A stretch of 19,248 bases of DNA from a virus. Taxonomy: Duplodnaviria; Heunggongvirae; Uroviricota; Caudoviricetes. Location: positions 1 to 19,248 of the IMG/VR virus record IMGVR_UViG_3300021600_000003; one strand, 5' to 3'. A program made the position numbers and the translations under genes. Below are positions 6,201-13,500 of this stretch, one piece after another. Below the pieces are notes generated by a model. The model worked only from the letters and a program-made list of their open reading frames with translations, was not told the origin of the DNA and did not search any database. Within the stretch, counting starts at the first letter, position 1, and every line of letters starts with the position of its first letter.

Positions 6201-9088
6201 AAACTACCAACTCTACTAGAGTCTCCCTGATTTTCATGATTGTAATTAATATCCTCTGGAGTCTCTACTAATTTGAATCCTGCTTGTTGTGCACGAATAC
6301 AAAAGTCAACATCTTCATGATAACCTTCTCCAAATATTTCATCAAGTAAACCTATTTCCTTAAAGACTTCTCTTTTAATCATAACACACCAAAATAACAT
6401 ATATTCTGCACGTACATCATCTCTCCAAGCTTTCATAGGTCCAACAATACCTACATTATCTACAAAACGAGTTAGTAGTAACTTAATCCATTGATCCTTT
6501 TCTTGAGGACGTAATTCTACATCATTATTTAGAAGAATAATAAATTCACCCATACTTTCCTTTATACCTGCATTAGTAGCTTTGATAAAACCTACTCTTT
6601 GATCTATCCAGTATAACTTAAAAGGATTACCTAGTGAGTAAACATACTCCCGTGTGGCGTCAGTACAACCATTAGCTACTATAATTACCTCAATCTCTGT
6701 TAAGTCTGTATATCTCTGAATAGAAGCAATACAACCTTTAAGTAAATCTAGATTATTATATGTAGGAATTACTATAGATATACGAGGCTTTGTAGGATAT
6801 TTCTGTAGAAGAGAGGTCTTTTTAGTAGAATCCCAAGTAGATATTCCTATTAATTTATTCTTCTCTAGAGAAAATGTCATGGCATCTTTATGGATAAGAG
6901 GAAATTCTCTCCATAGTTGATTAGGATTATTTGATAGATATTCTTTGGTTAGACTTAAGTCATCTTTTCTATCGGTAGGAACTTGTACTAACTTATATCC
7001 TAACTTCTTTACACGAATAGCAAAGTCTATATCTTCCTCATATCCCATTCCAAAATCTTCATCCAATAAACCAACTTTATCTATAATAGCTCGGGTTGTC
7101 ATAGCACAAAAGAATACCATATACTCTTCTCTAAAGGTTAATACATTATCATCCCAAAAGAATCTCCAATCTTTATATGGACCAGTTATACCTACATTAG
7201 TACCTTCTATAAATGGCTTTTTCAAGATATTAAGCCATGTAGATTTAAGTACCTCAGTATCATTGTTTAAAAAAACAATATACTTACCTATAGCAGCTCT
7301 TATTCCTGCATTGGTAGCCTTAATAAAGCCTACAGGTTCATCTATCCATATTAACTTAAATGTACCTCCTAGACTATCTACATATTGTTTAGTGTCATCA
7401 GTGCATCCATTAGCTACAACTATAACTTCAACATTACTTAAATCTGTAGTGTTTATAATACTTTGAAGACATGATTTAAGACAGTCTTCTAAATGGTTAT
7501 ATGTGGGTATAATTATTGATACGTCTTTCACAGGGTCTGTTTTTTCTAATTTAAAAGGGGTATATCTAAACATAGAAATACCTTTTCTCATTTCAGGATT
7601 AGGACTTTCATATGCAGATATTAGTTGCATATCAGGTTTATACTCATAAAAGAAACGAGTTACACCTTCACATGCTATGTGGTCATGATAAGCAAAGATA
7701 GCTCCATCTGCAGCATACTTCTTAGCTAATTCTGTATCCTTAACTACGTCTTCGTACTCGTGCCCAGCATCTATAAAGATAAAGTCGAACTTTTTACCTT
7801 CAAGAAATTTTTCTACTTCTGGAGCATGACTATCCCCACGGTAAATATCTATCTTTCCAGTATTCTGACAGTTTAGAAGATTCTGACGATAGTTTAGAGG
7901 ATAGTTCATATCAGCCCAGCCAATATCTATAGTAGTAATATCTTTAACCTGAACTACATCACAGAATATACGTGTTACTCCACCATCAGCTACTCCTATC
8001 TCTAGATAGTGTTCTACCTTTAAATCTCTGCAGTCAAATAAGTATTCTGATAATTCATCTATATCTTGCTGTAGACAATATCCACCTTGAAATCTTCCAC
8101 CAAATTGGTAGAGATTTTTACTTCCTGCACTTAATACAAATTCTCTTATACTCTCAAGAGAAGATATATCACAAAGATTTTCATTTCTGTTAAGAAGGGG
8201 AGTACCATCTTTCCCAATAAATATACCATTAGCAAATCCACCTCTAGAGAGAGCCATACGTGTTCTATTATCTATGGTAGATGTCATTTTTCCATCCTCT
8301 GCCAAATGAGCAGTAATCTTATCTAGACGAGGAATAACTTCCCAACTATTAACTGTGTCAAGTAAGTTACCTATCTCTATATGTTTAGCTTTATCTTTAT
8401 ACCTCTCGAGAAGAATAGCTTCATTCCTTGGAACAACTTGTGACCATTCAGGTACCTCATTTACTGTGACTGACCCTTTATGCCATATAGGAAATTGTAA
8501 GATATGTTCATCAGTTGGACGAACAGTTGTAAGAGATATCTCATTTGGTACCTGAACTATCTTATAACCAAGCTGTTTTAATTTATGACAAAAGTCTATA
8601 TCTTCTCCATATCCGGGATTAAAGATTGGATCAATTCCTCCAACTCTTTCTAAGATATCTCTTCTAGTCATTGAACAGAAGAATAATATAAACTCACTCT
8701 CTGTTTCTTTATGATAGTTTTTAGCTGCTCCTGTTATACCTACTTCATTATCCAATAAAAAAGGAGCTTCTAGCATTTCCAGCCAGTTAGCTCCCATTAT
8801 CTGTAAATCATTATTTAATAAAATTATGTATTCTCCCTTACTAACCTCAATACCCATATTTGTAGCATTAGTAAAACCCAATGCTCTATCTACAGATATA
8901 GAAAATATATTAGGATATCTTTTATGTAATTCATAAATATAAGATAGAGTACCATCATCACTACAACCATTAGCTACTACAATTATCTCAACATCTTGTA
9001 AATCAGTATGTTGTATAATACTTTCTAAACATGGTTTTAGGCAATCCTCAAAATGCTTATATGTAGGTATAATTATTGAATACTTCAT
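3215..9088 (-). CDS. 1957-aa eight-module glycosyltransferase/methyltransferase (GT2-MT-GT2-GT2-MT-GT17-GT17-GT2)
   Basis: Three GT2 modules with SII(I/V)PTY, IVVANGC, (L/F)LNND and Y(G/E/H)EDxDF motifs. Two Methyltransf_24-like modules (LEIGVADGG..FIDAGHEYEDV..YHDH; AEIGVWMGRS..FIDADHRYEGV..GHDI). Two GT17-like modules (F(Y/F)NE..R..ELY..VD.F, RE..QR, SD(C/L)DEI, GGWHFS(F/W)). One canonical C-terminal GT2 (IMPYYN, IIDDGS, ARNMG, FCDSDD, EDWDMWLR). No signal peptide or obvious TM helix. Confidence 0.92.
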   Translation of the reverse strand: MKYSIIIPTYKHFEDCLKPCLESIIQHTDLQDVEIIVVANGCSDDGTLSYIYELHKRYPNIFSISVDRALGFTNATNMGIEVSKGEYIILLNNDLQIMGANWLEMLEAPFLLDNEVGITGAAKNYHKETESEFILFFCSMTRRDILERVGGIDPIFNPGYGEDIDFCHKLKQLGYKIVQVPNEISLTTVRPTDEHILQFPIWHKGSVTVNEVPEWSQVVPRNEAILLERYKDKAKHIEIGNLLDTVNSWEVIPRLDKITAHLAEDGKMTSTIDNRTRMALSRGGFANGIFIGKDGTPLLNRNENLCDISSLESIREFVLSAGSKNLYQFGGRFQGGYCLQQDIDELSEYLFDCRDLKVEHYLEIGVADGGVTRIFCDVVQVKDITTIDIGWADMNYPLNYRQNLLNCQNTGKIDIYRGDSHAPEVEKFLEGKKFDFIFIDAGHEYEDVVKDTELAKKYAADGAIFAYHDHIACEGVTRFFYEYKPDMQLISAYESPNPEMRKGISMFRYTPFKLEKTDPVKDVSIIIPTYNHLEDCLKSCLQSIINTTDLSNVEVIVVANGCTDDTKQYVDSLGGTFKLIWIDEPVGFIKATNAGIRAAIGKYIVFLNNDTEVLKSTWLNILKKPFIEGTNVGITGPYKDWRFFWDDNVLTFREEYMVFFCAMTTRAIIDKVGLLDEDFGMGYEEDIDFAIRVKKLGYKLVQVPTDRKDDLSLTKEYLSNNPNQLWREFPLIHKDAMTFSLEKNKLIGISTWDSTKKTSLLQKYPTKPRISIVIPTYNNLDLLKGCIASIQRYTDLTEIEVIIVANGCTDATREYVYSLGNPFKLYWIDQRVGFIKATNAGIKESMGEFIILLNNDVELRPQEKDQWIKLLLTRFVDNVGIVGPMKAWRDDVRAEYMLFWCVMIKREVFKEIGLLDEIFGEGYHEDVDFCIRAQQAGFKLVETPEDINYNHENQGDSSRVGSFPIMHIGGGTFAPLYGQSKQRLEQYVHHLYNKYGVYLEKELPGGWFGWDDQAFYKELIRRIPDGGVMAEIGVWMGRSLCSAAEIIKEKNIQVHAIDTFKGSPWEMEDGAQVKGMDLLQIFKDNIERFGLTDYVKIYPMDSADSAFLFNDKSCDLVFIDADHRYEGVQRDVKAWLPKVKDGCLITGHDIQWNDSVAPALYDLFGRENVFSGANIWYVLPENRYKKWFKQPIPRGKVIDTCIFYNEVELFKMRVEELYDVVDKFVVVESLFDHQGNAKPMYFDWKSLGDKADKVHYILLHEFPNCTSTWDREHYQRRAIMDGLADYQPNDIIIMSDCDEIVRKEVIQKYQVDMGVCAIEMSLFYYKLDWQIEERWFKARIFPFSALFGKDMQSYRGKDDYVYNMIIPNGGWHFSFLGDVKSVKQKIQAYSHSEFNNDYFTNDQHLEDAILNGKDIFRRNLHFTKIIDFSNHPKYVQDNLQYYKDKQLITSSQTRSYKVFDCFSFFNELDLLEIRLNELYNQVDYFIISEMEQTHSGKPKPLYLSENLELFAKWSDKIIIVIPPNIETVDPWVREHHQRDFIINALEPIAKDEDMIIVSDLDEIPRASKIDNYEEPKFFEQNQFSYYLNYNVGISTIAPSTFSRIAPMKFIRERKLSLTGLRYEEMSNDQKISDGGWHFSWMGGSKAIIQKLEGWAHQELNTLEYKDSTRINYLISQGREHFGRNSNIITKKWEIDHSFPIFVQENQQYLTDKGLLDVSKVAIIMPYYNDEANLLKSVSAITGQSFLNWTLFIIDDGSEDRQKAVKILASHPKITIIEKENGGPSSARNMGLNKVTSGDFTHIAFCDSDDIWDKDYMMKQLNKIDINDIIYSSVRHQFDNGQEAIPYGIPDPLEYPGGKIMLETPFIFISGVVCRYHVLSHQRFDDRLDSIEDWDMWLRLDDLGCSFIHNPEKLLTYTVKSTGMAPKRTEEKTQLLKNKYANVRRKETEESRIQEEAI
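3270..3935 (-). other. Module 8: canonical GT2 domain
   Basis: VAIIMPYYN, FIIDDGSED, ENGGPSSARNMGL, IAFCDSDD, IEDWDMWLRL. Confidence 0.88.
3950..5505 (-). other. Modules 6 and 7: tandem GT17 (MGAT3/GnT-III-like) domains
   Basis: IDTCIFYNEVELFKMRVEELYDVVDKFVVVES..WDREHYQR..SDCDEI..GGWHFSFLG..KQKIQAYSHSE (about 5505-4750) and VFDCFSFFNELDLLEIRLNELYNQVDYFIISE..WVREHHQR..SDLDEIPR..GGWHFSWMG..QKLEGWAHQE (about 4723-3950). Confidence 0.85.
5555..6090 (-). other. Module 5: class I SAM methyltransferase (Methyltransf_24-like)
   Basis: MAEIGVWMGRS, AIDTFKGS, PMDSADSA, LVFIDADHRYEGVQRDVKAWLPKVKDG, GHD. Confidence 0.88.
6105..7525 (-). other. Modules 3 and 4: tandem GT2 domains (ANGC/LNND type)
   Basis: VSIIIPTYNH..IVVANGCTDD..VFLNND..YEEDIDF (about 7525-6795) and ISIVIPTYNN..IIVANGCTDA..ILLNND..YHEDVDF (about 6785-6105). 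Confidence 0.85.
7550..8130 (-). other. Module 2: class I SAM methyltransferase (Methyltransf_24-like)
   Basis: YLEIGVADGG (motif I), TTID, RGDS, FDFIFIDAGHEYEDVVKD, YHD. Boundaries approximate. Confidence 0.85.
8400..9088 (-). other. Module 1: GT2 domain (ANGC/LNND type)
   Basis: YSIIIPTYKH, IVVANGCSDDG, ILLNND, GYGEDIDFC. Boundaries approximate. Confidence 0.85.
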
Positions 9089-9103
9089 GCGATGGTTTTC
9101 CTA

Positions 9104-9135
9104 CAAAGATATAGTATATAGTAATATCTTCCAAA
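9104..9135 (-). promoter_or_regulatory. Bacteroidota housekeeping-sigma-type promoter upstream of the giant enzyme
   Basis: Minus strand reads TTTG (9135-9132), a 20-nt spacer, then TATCTTTG (9111-9104), an exact match to TTTG-N19-21-TAnnTTTG. It sits in the 48-nt intergenic gap and ends 15 nt before the ATG. Confidence 0.75.
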
Positions 9136-9136
9136 T

Positions 9137-9748
9137 TTATTTTACTTGTATAACTCCTATACCTGCCCAATCTGCAGTATTATCTAAAAACTCTTTCTTA
9201 TCTCCTTCTAACTCTTTCCAGAAACGATGTACCTCACAACTATAATCCTTATGAGTTTTTGTTTCTTTGATATCATGCATACCTATATATCCACCTTTTT
9301 TAACAAAAGGAAGATAATTATAGTAATCTGCCTTTACACCCTCATAAGAATGGTCTGCATCAATAAATATAAAATCTAATTTATCTTCTCCTAATTTCTC
9401 CTTAACCCAATCTATAGATACTTTCTCTTTTGTATCATTGAATAGAACATGACAGTTTGGAGCAAATGTCTCAAACATATGCTTATTTTGTTCAATCTCT
9501 CTATCAGTTCTTACATGACCTACTCCCCATGGTCCATTAGGTAAATCTATACCCAACTTAATTCCTCCGGGAGTAGCTATTGAACACCATACATAAAAGC
9601 TGCCACCCTGACATAATCCTAATTCAAGAAAGTTTTTAGGTTGTACTATCTTATCAACAAATTCCATAAAAGGAATAATCTCGTTAGGTAATTGTAATAA
9701 AGCTCCTGTTGTTAGAGCTGCTGTATTTGCTATTGCTTGATAGTTCAT
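9137..9748 (-). CDS. Stand-alone class I SAM-dependent methyltransferase (Methyltransf_24-like), probably a sugar O-methyltransferase
   Basis: FLELGLCQGGSF, LGID, LDFIFIDADHSYEGVKADY..FVKKGGYIGMHDI, VHRFWKEL, WAGIGVI. Same FIDAxHxYExV signature as the two MT modules of the giant enzyme. The sugar substrate is inferred from context. Confidence 0.88.
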   Translation of the reverse strand: MNYQAIANTAALTTGALLQLPNEIIPFMEFVDKIVQPKNFLELGLCQGGSFYVWCSIATPGGIKLGIDLPNGPWGVGHVRTDREIEQNKHMFETFAPNCHVLFNDTKEKVSIDWVKEKLGEDKLDFIFIDADHSYEGVKADYYNYLPFVKKGGYIGMHDIKETKTHKDYSCEVHRFWKELEGDKKEFLDNTADWAGIGVIQVK

Positions 9749-9749
9749 A

Positions 9750-10544
9750 TTAATATATTTTTTCAGTTGTTATATCAAGATGACCACATCTAATATTCGT
9801 ATCAACACATATCTTAAATCCTGCTTCTTTAGCCTTCTTGTAAAAGAATAAATCTTGAGTAAATCCTATTGGACCAGCTTCTGTCATTTCATTAACAGAT
9901 TTGAAGAATGGAGAAGATATCTTTCCACTCTCAAATATAGACCTTTTCATTAATGTAAAACCCATACCACTTCCATTAACATTTACTACATCTCCCGGTC
10001 TCCAGTTTATATTTACCTCAAATGGTTTTGAGGAGTTGATATCTCCATCTCCATATATAAGAGGAAGAGATGGATCACCTTTTGTCCAATATAATCCTGA
10101 GGCTATATCATAGCCACTCTCGAGGTGTTTATACATCTCGATTAAAGGTCCATATGTTCCGGGAATAAAAGGGATAATAACATCATCTTCCATGAAGAGA
10201 AGATACTTAAATTGAACAAGATTAGGATTTGTAAGAACTTGTTTAATAGCTTCTTCATAAGCTTCTCCTACTTCATGACCACTGACAACTAATTCAGTTA
10301 CAGGTACATTCATTGGTTTTATTAAGCGTTTCCAGCTTTCAACTATCCAAGGATGGAATCCCACTTGATATTCTATACATACATCTTTACCACACTCACA
10401 TTTCTTTGTGACTTCTTTCTTACCTCTTGTGGCAATTATAATTAAAGTAGCATAGTTTTTATAGGAATTTCCCTCTATAAATAGATTTTTCCATGCTTTG
10501 TTTTCACTCTCATCAATGAGAGTATCTAATTTTTGTACTTCCAT
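9750..10544 (-). CDS. GT-A fold (GT2-like) glycosyltransferase
   Basis: LIIIATRG, YLLFMEDDV (DxD-like), IASGLYW, NGSGMGFTLMKRSIFE, PFF, TQDLFFYKKAKEAGFKICVDTNIRCGH. Its stop is 1 nt before the next ATG. Confidence 0.8.
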   Translation of the reverse strand: MEVQKLDTLIDESENKAWKNLFIEGNSYKNYATLIIIATRGKKEVTKKCECGKDVCIEYQVGFHPWIVESWKRLIKPMNVPVTELVVSGHEVGEAYEEAIKQVLTNPNLVQFKYLLFMEDDVIIPFIPGTYGPLIEMYKHLESGYDIASGLYWTKGDPSLPLIYGDGDINSSKPFEVNINWRPGDVVNVNGSGMGFTLMKRSIFESGKISSPFFKSVNEMTEAGPIGFTQDLFFYKKAKEAGFKICVDTNIRCGHLDITTEKIY

Positions 10545-10558
10545 ATGTTGGTTTTTAG

Positions 10559-10566
10559 CAAATATA
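10559..10566 (-). promoter_or_regulatory. Bacteroidota-type -7 promoter element in front of the glycan cassette
   Basis: Minus strand GTTG-TATATTTG-C lies in the 31-nt gap between the fibre stop and the GT start, 14 nt before the ATG. No clear -33 TTTG. Confidence 0.6.
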
Positions 10567-10575
10567 CAACTTTTA

Positions 10576-13500
10576 TTACATTGCTGTTAATAATATCCAA
10601 GGTTTTCTTAAACCTAGTGCTATATCATTATATACAAATCCAGTAGCTGTACTAGCAACACTTGTTACTACAGCATTTGTTGTAGCATTACTATGACCCC
10701 AATAAGGAACCATAGCATTATTAAGTCCTGCTACACTTGCTACAGTTGTTGAGCCAGCTATATTAACAGTACCTGCAGCACTACTCATACCATATAAAGT
10801 AGCTGCTAAGTTTCCTCCTGTTAAGAAAACATAACCAAACCACCATTCTCCGGGAGTTAAGCTAACATTAGATGCTATTTGATAATATCTTATTGAAGAA
10901 TATCCACCCCACTGAGTAGCTACAGTTGATAAGTTACTTGATGCTGCATTACTTGACCATGACCAAGTTCCTGTAGCTGCACTAGCAAGAGATAATGTAT
11001 TAGCATTTTTAGTATAAAATCCTGCATATAAAGAGAAACCAGCTGTTACGTTAGTTGTTTGTGAAGCATTTAACATGAACTTCAAAGCTGTAGCATTTAT
11101 ATTTCCATCTACATAGAATGGAACAGCAAAGAATGAACCATGAGTAATACCACCATTAGGAAAAGGAACACCTTGGAATGGTTCAAATAAATTATATGTA
11201 GGTGCACCTGTACCACTATAACCAGAATATCCAGTATAACCACTATAACCACTATAGCCAGTGTATCCTGAGTAGCCAGAAATACCACTGTATCCTGAGT
11301 AACCACTAAATCCTGAATAACCACTAAATCCTGAACTACCTGTTGCACCACCACTGTACCCACTATATCCAGTATAACCAGAATATCCAGAAGGTCCACT
11401 ATATCCACTATAGCCACTTAATCCAGTATAACCAGAATATCCAGAAGGTCCACTATATCCAGAGTATCCTGAGATACCTGAATAACCACTAAAGCCACTA
11501 GTACCATTTCCTCCACCACTATAGCCACTATAACCTGTATATCCACTATATCCACTTATACCTGAGTATCCTGAATAACCAGAAATACCTGAGTACGCAC
11601 TATAACCAGAGTATCCAGAAGAACCACTATACCCACTATAACCACTAGAACCAGAATAACCACTAAATCCAGAAGAACCAGTACCACCTCCACTATAACC
11701 AGAATATCCTGTATAACCAGAGTAACCTGATAGACCTGAGTACCCACTAAATCCTGATATACCTGTATAACCAGAATAGCCTGAATTTCCTGAGTACCCA
11801 CTAAATCCACTACTTCCTGCTCCACCACCTGAATAACCTGAATAACCAGTAAAGCCTGAATAACCACTTATTCCACTATAACCACTGTACCCAGATAGAC
11901 CACTGTATGCAGAATAACCACTGTATCCTGACAGTCCACTATATCCACTAAATCCTGAACTACCAGCTCCTCCACCACTATATCCTGAGTAACCAGTATA
12001 TCCACTGTATCCACTTAATCCACTGTAACCAGAGAAACCACTTATACCAATATAACCACTGTATCCTGAGTTTCCTATGAATCCAGAGTAACCTGATAAA
12101 CCAGAATATCCACTATAACCACTCAATCCACTATATGCAGAATAACCAGATAATCCTGAATAAGCACTATAGCCACTTAATCCACTATAGCCACTAAAAC
12201 CACTACTACTAGAGTAACCACTATATCCTGTGTAACCACTGAATCCACTAGAACTGCTATAGCCTGAATATCCAGTGTATCCAGAGTAACCTGTATATCC
12301 TGAGTATCCGCTATAACCCGTATAACCACTATAACCACTTTTACCACTATATGCAGAGTATCCTGTATATCCTGAATAACCACTTATACCGCTATATGCT
12401 GAATAACCACTTATTCCTGAATAACCTGAGAACCCTGAAATACCACTATAAGCTGAATAACCTGTATATCCAGAGTAACCACTTAAACCAGAGTAAGCAG
12501 AATAACCTGATAGACCACTGTAAGCTGAATATCCACTGTAACCAGATATTCCAGTATAACCTGAATATCCTGAAGTACCTATATAACCTGAATATCCTGA
12601 ATAGGCTGAGTAACCACTAATTCCAATATATCCACTATATCCACTTTCACCAGCTAATGTAACAGATACTGATATATTTTGATTGTTGGTAAATGTACCT
12701 CCACCTGTAACATATGTTACTGTATAACCATCATATAATGGAGAACCTGCACTTCCAAGATTTACATCTATATGCCAAATATGTGCTTTAGATAAATCAC
12801 TAGGATCAAATATCATAAAATGATCACCGGGACCAAGACTATCTAAGAAAGCATCCATTGGTAAACTAAACCTATCTAGTTCAGATAGATTAATTTGTGT
12901 AGTAGATGAATAAGTAACAGGATCACTAAAGTTTATAAATCCAGCTGCAGGATTTCCTCCAGTAGAATTACTCCATTGATAATCTAGAGTAAATCCTCCA
13001 ACATTTCCACTAAATCCTGAGTTTCCTGAGTATCCTGAGTATCCACTTATTCCAGTATAACCACTATAACCACTAGTTCCTATGAAACCACTATATCCAG
13101 AATATCCACTAATACCACTTCCTGAGTAACCAGAATAACCAGTATAACCCGAATAACCACTGTATCCAGTATATCCTGAGTAGCCACTCTTTCCAGAGTA
13201 ACCAGAGTATCCACTAATACCAGAGTAACCTGAGTAGCCTGTATAACCACTAAAGCCACTAATACCTGAATAGGCTGAGTAACCACTATACCCACTTATA
13301 CCACTTCCGCTATAACCTGAATATCCACTCAAACCTGAGTATGCAGAATAACCACTAAATCCTGATTGACCACTATAACCACTATAACCAGAAGAACTAC
13401 TATAACCTGAATAACCTGATGAACTACTATAACCACTATACCCTGTATATCCAGAATATCCCGAATAACCAGTATAACCACTGTAACCACTCTTTCCACT

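Noticed and set aside
2170-10113. Plus-strand ORFs 2170-2412, 6945-7466, 7972-8193, 8355-8555 and 9901-10113
   Set aside because: Antisense to genes with clear enzyme motifs and lack recognisable features.
1628-10544. Ordinary bacterial capsule/O-antigen locus or Gtr serotype-conversion cassette
   Set aside because: No Wzx, Wzy, Wzz, ABC exporter, nucleotide-sugar enzymes or membrane GtrABC in the window, and the flanks look like virion genes. A host-surface target is still not excluded.
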